A DNA stretch of 64,000 nucleotides from positions 3,293-67,292 of the forward strand of contig CAYXEH010000001.1 of NCBI GenBank assembly GCA_964463915.1, read 5' to 3'. Below the pieces are notes generated by a model that was given only the letters and a program-made list of their open reading frames with translations, was not told the origin of the DNA and did no database searches. Below are positions 1 to 8,109 of the stretch, piece by piece. The stretch comes from an uncultured Bacteroidales bacterium (GTDB taxonomy: Bacteria; Bacteroidota; Bacteroidia; Bacteroidales; UBA7960). Both the position numbers and the translations under genes were made by a program. The first letter of the stretch is position 1. Each line of letters begins with the position of its first letter.

Positions 1-58
1 GGATATTCACACCCCCCGCCAGGACAAGGCATACACTTCCGCATCGCCTGATCAGGTT

Positions 59-3000
59 TTGACCATCAGCCAGGAAGAGATCCAAAAGCTGCTGCGTGAA
101 AAAAAGGAACGTCTGAAAGAACTGGGAGCCATCCATCAGACAACCAATATTCTGAAGGAAGAAAAGCCCATCCCGGAAACGTTGCAGCAAATCACAAAAG
201 TACTTCCTCCCGCATGGCAACACCCGGAAGATGCAGCGGCCCGGATCAGGTATGGCGACCAGGTATTTCTCAGCAGGGCAAGATTTGAGGAAACCCCCTG
301 GGTGCAACGCAAAACATTTGAAACCATCGACGGCAAGGAAGGTGCCATTGAAGTGTTTTATCAAAAAGAGTACCCGGAAGAGGAAGAGGGTCCGTTTTTT
401 ATTGAAGAACGGCAATTGATCAACAATCTGAGCAGCCTGATCACCGGGCACCTCAATACACGCATCGGGAAAGAGCTGCTGCAAAAGGAAAATCCGGCCA
501 GACAAGAAACCGAGGCCCTGCCTGCCGCAAGAACCCACTCCGCAATGAGCCGGCGGCTGCTGCAGAAATTTCTCAACAAACACAATTCCGACCGCGACAT
601 TTACCACGACCTGATGCAGTACAAGGTCCGTGAAATCCTGCTTGTGGCCAACCTGTATGACGCTTACATCATTGAAGAAGAGGGTCGGTTTTTTGAACAG
701 GTGACCGGAGAATATCATCAGTTAAATCTTTCTTCTGCCCCGCGCATCACAGGCGTATCTACCCCTGAAGAAGCCCTGGAGAAATTACAGGAGAAACATT
801 TTGATATGGTAATTGTTATGATGGGAGTGGAAAAATCAACCCCCATCCAGCTGAGCCGTATCATCAAGCAGATTTACAACAACATCCCCATTTTTATGTT
901 GCTGAACAACAACAGCGACATTGCCCTGTTTGAAGACGGTAAAAAGCCCATCACCTCTATTGATAAGGTGTTTGTATGGAATGGTGACTCCAAGGTTTTC
1001 CTGGCCATGGTCAAATACAATGAGGACAGGAGAAATGTGGAGAATGACACAAAAATTGGGATGGTACAGGTGATCTTGCTGGTCGAAGATTCCGCAAAAT
1101 ATTACTCCCGGTACCTTCCCATATTGTACTCCATTGTAATTGAACAAACCCAGCACCTGATCGAGGAAGTCAACACCGATGAACTCTACAAGCTACTCAA
1201 AATGCGGGTCAGGCCCAAAATTTTGCTTGCGTCTACCTATACGGAGGCCATTAACCTGTTCAATCAATATAAGGACAACATGCTTTGCCTTATTTCGGAT
1301 GTAAAATTTGAGAAGGATGGTGAAATGGACAACAGGGCAGGGCTGAAACTGATGGAGTATGCCAAGCACTCCACCCCAAATCTCCCCACGGTGCTCCAGT
1401 CGTCTGACCCGGAAAATGCCACCGAAGCCTATAAACTGCAAAGTACTTTCATCAATAAAAATTCGGATACCCTTAAACAGGATTTGCAGAGTTTTATCAA
1501 CTATTACCTTGGATTCGGGCATTTTATCTATAAGGATGAAACCGGTCGCCGCGACATTGCCGTGGCCCGCTCAATGAAAGAATTCCGCACCCACCTGAAG
1601 ACCATTCCGGAAAAGTCCCTGCTCTATCATGCGAAAAAAGACCATTTTTCACATTGGCTCATGGCCAGGGGAGAAATTCAGATCGCACGACGCATTAAAC
1701 CACTGAAAGTGGCTGATTTCAAATCTCCCGGCAGCCTGCGCCAATACCTGATTGATGTCATTGACGAATGCATCCATGACAAGCAGCGTGGAAAGGTGAT
1801 CAATTATGAGGAATCTGCCCTGCTAGACGACACCAATATCGTGAGTCTGTCGCCGGGCTCACTGGGAGGCAAAGGGCGTGGCCTGGCTTTCATCAACATG
1901 ATCATCAATAGCTTTAACTTCATTGAACTGGTGGCTGATATCCGGATCTCAACGCCTCGTACATCCATCATCGGCACCGAAGAGTTTGAACGCTTTATTC
2001 ACAACAATAATCTGTACAACGAAATATACGGTGAAACGGATTATGACAAAATCAAAACCCTGTTCCTGAGCGGACACCTGACCCCTACCCTGCGTAAACG
2101 CCTTAAAACATACCTTTCGGTAAATCATAAACCATTGGCCATACGGTCATCCAGTTTGTTTGAGGATTCATTGATGCAGCCTTTTGCCGGGATTTTTGAT
2201 ACTTTTCTGCTCCCAAACAACCATCCTGATCTTGAGGTTCGGCTCAAACAGACCATGGATGCCATCAGGCTGGTGTACGCCTCTATCTTCTCCCCCACGG
2301 CCCAGTCTTACTTCAAAGCGGTGAATTATAAAATCGAAGAGGAAAAGATGGCGGTGGTGATACAGGAAGTGGTCGGCCATAAATATGATGGCTTTTTTTA
2401 CCCGCATATCAGTGGCGTGGCACAGTCTTACAATTTTTATCCTTATTCTTATATGAAGCCGGAAGAGGGCTTCGCTTCCATAGCCATGGGTTTGGGCAAA
2501 TATGTGGTGGAAGGGGAAAAGACCTATCGGTTTTCCCCGGTTCATCCTCAACTGGAGATGTATACTCCAAAAGAGTTGTTCAAAAATTCACAGGTTCATT
2601 TCTATGCCGTGGATCTGCACAAGAAAGAGCTGAACCTGCTTGACGGGGAGGATGCCGGGCTTACCAAGCTGGAGATCGATCAGGCAGAAAAACATGGCAC
2701 CCTGAAGCACTGCGCATCGGTTTACGATTTCAATAGTGAGCGGACAATACCAGGAATTACGGATGAAGGCCCCCGCGTGGTTAACTTTGCAAACATCCTC
2801 AAGTACGACTACATTCCGCTGGCCAAATCAATTGAAACCATTCTGGATATTATTTCAGAATCGATGGGAACGCCTATCGAGATGGAATTTGCCATTGATC
2901 TGAATAAAGACAGGGAAGGACACGCTTCTTTCTATTTACTGCAGATCAAGCCCCTGATCAAGAACATCATCGAAACGGACATCAATATCGACAATATCGA

Positions 3001-3550
3001 CAATGAACGGCTGCTGCTTTACAGTGAAAACGGCATGGGCAATGGACGGATCAACGGCCTGCAGGACGTAGTGTTTGTGGACCCGGAACGCTTTGACAAA
3101 CTGAAAACAGAAAAGATCAGGGACGAGATTGATGAAATCAATACCACCATGGCCCAACAGGACAGAAAGTATGTTTTGGTCGGACCGGGAAGATGGGGAA
3201 CACGCGACCGCTTTATCGGGATCCCGGTGAACTGGTCACAGATATCCAATGCACGCATTATTGTGGAAGTAAGCATGGAGGACTTTCCTCTTGATGCCTC
3301 CCTGGGTTCACACTTTTTCCATAACGTGATTTCCATGAATGTGGGCTATTTCTCAGTGAAGCACAACGACCTGATCGATTTCATCGATTGGGATAAGCTA
3401 AAAGATGCCCCCATCATCAGTGAAAAAAAATACGTAAAACACATCCGTTTCAATAAACCGCTGGAAGTGGTCATGGACGGAAAAAAGCGGGCTGCCCTGA
3501 TCTATCACCAGGAAAACGGAACCAATAAACAAGCAAGCGACCAGGAATGA
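59..3550 (+). CDS. Multidomain signalling/ATP-grasp protein: N-terminal sensor-like module, pseudo-receiver, receiver (REC), PEP/pyruvate-binding (PPDK_N-type) domain and a conserved unknown C-terminal module. Possibly 5'-truncated by the window edge.
   Basis: Long ORF. The track start at 59 is TTG and the frame stays open back to position 2. ATP-grasp signatures: SLGGKGRGLAFIN, LAIRSSSLFEDSLMQPFAGIFDT, EEKMAVVIQE, SGVAQSYNFYP. REC-like: ILLVEDS...CLISDVKF...VLQSSD...FINK. An earlier receiver-like segment lacks the acidic pocket (LLVANLYD, DMVIVMMG). No GG-TSHAA phosphohistidine motif is present. Confidence 0.8.
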   Translation: MTISQEEIQKLLREKKERLKELGAIHQTTNILKEEKPIPETLQQITKVLPPAWQHPEDAAARIRYGDQVFLSRARFEETPWVQRKTFETIDGKEGAIEVFYQKEYPEEEEGPFFIEERQLINNLSSLITGHLNTRIGKELLQKENPARQETEALPAARTHSAMSRRLLQKFLNKHNSDRDIYHDLMQYKVREILLVANLYDAYIIEEEGRFFEQVTGEYHQLNLSSAPRITGVSTPEEALEKLQEKHFDMVIVMMGVEKSTPIQLSRIIKQIYNNIPIFMLLNNNSDIALFEDGKKPITSIDKVFVWNGDSKVFLAMVKYNEDRRNVENDTKIGMVQVILLVEDSAKYYSRYLPILYSIVIEQTQHLIEEVNTDELYKLLKMRVRPKILLASTYTEAINLFNQYKDNMLCLISDVKFEKDGEMDNRAGLKLMEYAKHSTPNLPTVLQSSDPENATEAYKLQSTFINKNSDTLKQDLQSFINYYLGFGHFIYKDETGRRDIAVARSMKEFRTHLKTIPEKSLLYHAKKDHFSHWLMARGEIQIARRIKPLKVADFKSPGSLRQYLIDVIDECIHDKQRGKVINYEESALLDDTNIVSLSPGSLGGKGRGLAFINMIINSFNFIELVADIRISTPRTSIIGTEEFERFIHNNNLYNEIYGETDYDKIKTLFLSGHLTPTLRKRLKTYLSVNHKPLAIRSSSLFEDSLMQPFAGIFDTFLLPNNHPDLEVRLKQTMDAIRLVYASIFSPTAQSYFKAVNYKIEEEKMAVVIQEVVGHKYDGFFYPHISGVAQSYNFYPYSYMKPEEGFASIAMGLGKYVVEGEKTYRFSPVHPQLEMYTPKELFKNSQVHFYAVDLHKKELNLLDGEDAGLTKLEIDQAEKHGTLKHCASVYDFNSERTIPGITDEGPRVVNFANILKYDYIPLAKSIETILDIISESMGTPIEMEFAIDLNKDREGHASFYLLQIKPLIKNIIETDINIDNIDNERLLLYSENGMGNGRINGLQDVVFVDPERFDKLKTEKIRDEIDEINTTMAQQDRKYVLVGPGRWGTRDRFIGIPVNWSQISNARIIVEVSMEDFPLDASLGSHFFHNVISMNVGYFSVKHNDLIDFIDWDKLKDAPIISEKKYVKHIRFNKPLEVVMDGKKRAALIYHQENGTNKQASDQE

Positions 3551-6525
3551 CAACTGAACAATCAAAATACCAATACGACGAGAAATTCGCCACCGACACC
3601 TATGAATTTAAGGAGATCTCCTACGAGGACCTGATGCAGAAACGGATCATCAATGTGTTGCTCATATGCAGCAACTATGATGCCTTTATGCTGGAGGAAG
3701 ACGGCCGGATTAATGAAAAGATCTTTCTGGAATACACCTCAAAAAACCTTCGTTACCCCCCCCAGTTCACCCAGGCCAGTTCTTCAGAAGAGGCTTTCCG
3801 CAAACTGGAGGAAAAGGACTATGACCTGGTAATCACCATGCTCAACGTGGGCAGGATCGATTGTTTTGAGATGGCCAAGAAAGTGAAGAAACGTCACCCG
3901 GGTATCCCCATCGTGGTGCTGACCCATTTCTCCAGGGAAGTATCCCTGAAACTTCGCAACGAAGACCTGAGTTCGATCGACTATGTATTCAGCTGGCTGG
4001 GCAACGCAGGGCTTCTGCTCGCTATTATTAAGCTACTGGAAGACAGGATGAATGCGGATTTTGACATCGAAAAAGTGGGGGTACAGGGCATTCTGCTGGT
4101 GGAAGATTCGGTCCGGTATTATTCATCTTATCTGCCTACCATTTATAAGGTGATTTTCGACCAGACCAATGAACTGATGACAGAAGGACTCAATGAGCAC
4201 CGTAAAACCCTGAGAATGCGGGCCCGCCCGAAAATCCTGCTGGCCAAGTCCTACGAGGAGGCCTTATCGCTGTACAAGAAATATAAAGACAACCTGTTAG
4301 GGATTATCTCAGATATCAGCTACGCCAAAGGAGGCAAAAGAGACAACCAGGCCGGGGTCAAGCTGGCCACCCATGTCCGGAAAAAAAACAGTCAGATTCC
4401 CATCCTGCTCCAGTCATCTGAAAAGTGGGATGCCAGGATTAACAAAAACATTGATGTCAGTTTTATTAACAAATATTCCAAAACACTGCTCATTGAACTC
4501 AAGCATTACATTAAGGAAAATTATGGCTTTGGTGATTTTGTTTTTAAAAACAAGGACACAGGCATGGAACTGGGCAGGGCCAATAATCTGCATTCCCTGC
4601 AGGTAAAGATCACCCATGCAGACCCTAAGGTTCTGGAGTACCATGTTTCCAATAATCATTTCTCCAGGTGGCTTAAAGCCCGGGCTCTGTTTTCGATCGC
4701 CAATGTGTTTGCCAAGAAAAGCCGCGATGATTTCAATAATGTGGAAGAGATCAGAAGCTACCTGATCGACACCATTGCCAATTACCGGCGCACAAAAGGC
4801 CGGGGGATCATCGCCAGTCATCTTGACGAATACGCTGTGTTCACCCGTTTGGGTGACGGCCAGCTGGGGGGCAAAGCACGTGGGCTGGCTTTCATTGACT
4901 CGGTGATCCACAAACACAAGATCATGAATCAATGGAATGGTGTGAGTATCTCCATCCCCCGCACTGTGGTACTGACCACTGATATCTTTGATGAATTCAT
5001 GGAGGAAAATGACCTCTACGATTTTGCGCTGTCTGACGTAAGCGATGAGGAAGTACTCAATCGTTTTGTCCAAAGTAAGAGTCCGTCCAGGATGCGCTCC
5101 TACATAAAAGAGATCGTCGACTTTTTTAAATCCCCGCTGGCCATCAGGTCATCCAGCTTGCTGGAAGATAGTCATTACCAGCCTTTTGCCGGGGTCTACT
5201 CCACATACATGATCTCCAATAATCACAACGACCGGAACGTGCGCATACAGCAACTGGACCAGGCCATCAAAAGTGTCTATGCCTCTGTTTTTTATCAGGA
5301 GAGCAAAGCCTATATCGAAGCCACATCCAATGTCATTGATGAAGAGAAAATGGCAGTGGTGATCCAGGAATTATCCGGACGATCCTATGGCAACATGTTT
5401 TATCCCACCATTTCAGGCGTAGCCAGGTCGGTAAACTTCTACCCCATTGAGCCGGAGAAATACGAAGACGGCGTGGCCAACATCGCCTTTGGCCTGGGCA
5501 AAACCATTGTGGATGGGGAGGTCTCTTTCCGCTTCTCGCCCAGGCATCCGCACAAAGCTTTACAGCTGGCCAACACCGATATCGCACTGCGTGACAGCCA
5601 GCGGGAGTTTTACAGCCTGAACCTGGATCCGGAGAAATATCACCCGGCAGTGGACGATTCAGTCAGCCTGAATAAACTCAGCATCCGTAAACTGAAAGGC
5701 TCTTCTTCACTGAAATATGTGGCCTCCACCTTTGATTATGAGGATCAGATCATTCGCGACGGAATCTATGAGGGAGGAACCCTTATCATCACCTTTGCCA
5801 ATGTGTTGAAGCACGGGTCTTTCCCCCTGGCCGATATCCTGAATAAATTGCTTCGCATCGGGCAAAGGGAAATGAACAACCAGGTAGAGATTGAATTTGC
5901 AGTAAGCCTGGATGTGCCCAAAGGTGAAAAACAACAATTTCATTTTCTTCAGATTCGCCCGGTGGTTGAAACACAGGAGAAAAATCAGGTCAAACTCAGT
6001 GCCCATAAAAAGAGCAGCACCCTCGTAATCAGTCATAATGCACTTGGCAATGGCATCATTGAAGGGATTCATGACTTCATTTATGTAAAGCCCGAATCAT
6101 TTGATGCAGCCCATACTGAAAAGATTGCCGAAACCATCGGAAAGTTAAATAAACAATGTCAGCAGGAGAAGAAACACTATATTCTGGCGGGCCCCGGTCG
6201 ATGGGGGTCCAATGACCCCTGGCTCGGCATTCCGGTTAAATGGGCACAAATATCGGCAGCCCGTCTGATCATCGAATCCGGCCTGAGGAATTTCAGGATC
6301 GACCCAAGCCAGGGCACCCATTTCTTCCAGAATCTTACCTCTTTCAGTGTCGGGTATTTCACCATCAACCCTTATATGAATGAAGGACATTATGATGTTG
6401 AGTTTCTCAACAAACAGGAAGCGATTTATGAAGATGAATTTGTCAGACACGTCCGTTTTGACTGCCCCCTCACCGTGAAAATTGACGGCAGCAAAAAGGC
6501 AGGAATTGTACTGAAACCAAGCTAA
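3547..6525 (+). CDS. Paralog of the preceding gene: pseudo-receiver, receiver, PEP/pyruvate-binding ATP-grasp domain and the same unknown C-terminal module, but no N-terminal sensor module.
   Basis: ATG at 3547 overlaps the upstream stop (ATGA). Motifs: ILLVEDSVRYYSSYLP, GIISDISY, QLGGKARGLAFID, LAIRSSSLLEDSHYQPFAGVYSTY, EEKMAVVIQE, SGVARSVNFYP. C-terminal ILAGPGRWGSNDPWLGIPVKWAQIS and SQGTHFFQN match LVGPGRWGTRDRFIGIPVNWSQIS and LGSHFFHN in the first paralog. Confidence 0.85.
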   Translation: MTTEQSKYQYDEKFATDTYEFKEISYEDLMQKRIINVLLICSNYDAFMLEEDGRINEKIFLEYTSKNLRYPPQFTQASSSEEAFRKLEEKDYDLVITMLNVGRIDCFEMAKKVKKRHPGIPIVVLTHFSREVSLKLRNEDLSSIDYVFSWLGNAGLLLAIIKLLEDRMNADFDIEKVGVQGILLVEDSVRYYSSYLPTIYKVIFDQTNELMTEGLNEHRKTLRMRARPKILLAKSYEEALSLYKKYKDNLLGIISDISYAKGGKRDNQAGVKLATHVRKKNSQIPILLQSSEKWDARINKNIDVSFINKYSKTLLIELKHYIKENYGFGDFVFKNKDTGMELGRANNLHSLQVKITHADPKVLEYHVSNNHFSRWLKARALFSIANVFAKKSRDDFNNVEEIRSYLIDTIANYRRTKGRGIIASHLDEYAVFTRLGDGQLGGKARGLAFIDSVIHKHKIMNQWNGVSISIPRTVVLTTDIFDEFMEENDLYDFALSDVSDEEVLNRFVQSKSPSRMRSYIKEIVDFFKSPLAIRSSSLLEDSHYQPFAGVYSTYMISNNHNDRNVRIQQLDQAIKSVYASVFYQESKAYIEATSNVIDEEKMAVVIQELSGRSYGNMFYPTISGVARSVNFYPIEPEKYEDGVANIAFGLGKTIVDGEVSFRFSPRHPHKALQLANTDIALRDSQREFYSLNLDPEKYHPAVDDSVSLNKLSIRKLKGSSSLKYVASTFDYEDQIIRDGIYEGGTLIITFANVLKHGSFPLADILNKLLRIGQREMNNQVEIEFAVSLDVPKGEKQQFHFLQIRPVVETQEKNQVKLSAHKKSSTLVISHNALGNGIIEGIHDFIYVKPESFDAAHTEKIAETIGKLNKQCQQEKKHYILAGPGRWGSNDPWLGIPVKWAQISAARLIIESGLRNFRIDPSQGTHFFQNLTSFSVGYFTINPYMNEGHYDVEFLNKQEAIYEDEFVRHVRFDCPLTVKIDGSKKAGIVLKPS

Positions 6526-6636
6526 ATTATTTTGTTCTTTTCGTTTGGTTTATATACAAATAAGGTATAAATTCGCTACCGAATTGCTAATTAATTAACA
6601 GCAGTTGATTTATTCATTTTTTTAAATCACCCTATT

Positions 6637-7974
6637 ATGAATTTAGAAAAAATAATGGCAGATCTGGAGCGTAAGAATCCAGGCGAAAAAGAGTTCTTGC
6701 AGGCAGCAAGGGAAGTTTTGGAAACCATCATCGACGTGGTGGAAGAAAACCCAAAATACCAGGCTGCCAATATTATTGAACGGATCACCGAACCGGATCG
6801 CGTGATCTCCTTTAAAGTGGAATGGGTTGATGACAAGGGTAACGTTCAGGTAAACCGTGGCTTCCGCGTTCAGTTTAACAACGCCATCGGTCCTTACAAA
6901 GGAGGTTGCCGTTTCCACCCAAGTGTTACACTGAGCGGACTGAAATTCCTGGGCTTTGAGCAGATCTTCAAAAACAGTCTTACCACATTGCCTATGGGCG
7001 GTGCAAAAGGCGGAAGTGATTTCAACCCCAAGGGCAAATCACAGGCTGAGATCATGCGATTCTGCCAGGCATTCATGGCCGAACTTTACAAGTATATCGG
7101 TCCAGACACCGACATTCCTGCCGGTGACATCGGCGTAGGGGGTCGCGAGATCGGCTATATGTATGGTATGTACAAGAAACTGGTAGGCGAACACACCGGC
7201 ACCTTTACCGGTAAGGGACGCAACTGGGGCGGCAGCCTCATTCGCCCCGAAGCCACAGGTTTCGGTGCGGTTTATTTTGCCGAGGAAATGCTGAAGACCA
7301 AAGGTGAGAAGCTTACAGGTAAAACCGTTGCCCTCTCAGGTTTTGGTAACGTTACCTGGGGTGCAGCACTCAAGGCCACCCAGCTTGGAGCAAAAGTTTT
7401 AACCATCAGTGGACCTGACGGATATGTATACGACCCAGATGGCATTTCAGGTGAAAAGATCGATTATTTGCTGGAGCTGCGTGCCTCCAACCAGGACATC
7501 GTCAAACCATACACCTATGAATTCCCCAACGCCCAGTTCTTTGAAGGCAAGCGTCCCTGGGAACAAAAGGTAGACATTGCCATGCCTTGCGCCATTCAGA
7601 ACGAACTGGATGAAGAAGATGCCAAAAACCTGGTAAATAACGGGGTAATTGCCATTTCGGAAGGCGCCAACATGCCCTGTACAGCAGAAGCTGTAGAGAT
7701 CATCCAGGAAGCAAAGGTTCTCTATGGTCCCGGTAAGGCAGCCAACGCAGGTGGTGTAGCGACTTCCGGTCTGGAACAAACACAAAACGCCATGAAACTG
7801 AACTGGCCGGCAGAAGAAGTAGAAGAAAAACTGCATGAAATCATGAAGAACATCCATGAAGCATGCAAGAAATATGGTCAGGAAGAAGACGGGTATATCA
7901 ACTATGTAAAAGGTGCCAACGTGGCCGGCTTTATTAAGGTTGCCGATGCCATGATCGATCAGGGCGTAATCTGA
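6637..7974 (+). CDS. gdhA: NADP-specific glutamate dehydrogenase
   Basis: 445 aa, full-length hexameric GDH pattern: KGGCRFHPSV, LPMGGAKGGSDFNPKG (active-site Lys region), dinucleotide fold SGFGNVTWGAA. ATG start at 6637. Confidence 0.95.
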   Translation: MNLEKIMADLERKNPGEKEFLQAAREVLETIIDVVEENPKYQAANIIERITEPDRVISFKVEWVDDKGNVQVNRGFRVQFNNAIGPYKGGCRFHPSVTLSGLKFLGFEQIFKNSLTTLPMGGAKGGSDFNPKGKSQAEIMRFCQAFMAELYKYIGPDTDIPAGDIGVGGREIGYMYGMYKKLVGEHTGTFTGKGRNWGGSLIRPEATGFGAVYFAEEMLKTKGEKLTGKTVALSGFGNVTWGAALKATQLGAKVLTISGPDGYVYDPDGISGEKIDYLLELRASNQDIVKPYTYEFPNAQFFEGKRPWEQKVDIAMPCAIQNELDEEDAKNLVNNGVIAISEGANMPCTAEAVEIIQEAKVLYGPGKAANAGGVATSGLEQTQNAMKLNWPAEEVEEKLHEIMKNIHEACKKYGQEEDGYINYVKGANVAGFIKVADAMIDQGVI

Positions 7975-8018
7975 TCCGGGCTATAATCGCATAAGCGATA
8001 CCTGAACCCAAATAAGCA

Positions 8019-8053
8019 AAAGAGCCGGACGGAAATACCGTTCGGCTTTTTTT
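8019..8053 (+). terminator. Rho-independent terminator after gdhA
   Basis: agccggacgg / ccgttcggct stem with one G-T pair and a 5-nt loop, followed by a T-run (ctttttttatt), about 45 nt after the gdhA stop. Confidence 0.7.
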
Positions 8054-8109
8054 ATTCATTCCAACCCAGCGGAAACCTTAACTTCGTGGTGCAGTATTAA
8101 TACCCGTTC

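Noticed and set aside
4414-5073. A 219-aa ORF antisense to the second REC/ATP-grasp gene. Similar long antisense or alternate-frame ORFs lie at 12019-12537, 14853-15617, 15809-16300, 36027-36803, 40433-41077, 56322-56870 and 57653-58162.
   Set aside because: Each lies entirely inside a gene with strong family motifs on the other strand or frame. They have no recognisable motifs and a biased composition (Arg/Ser/His/Phe-rich). They are typical shadow ORFs.
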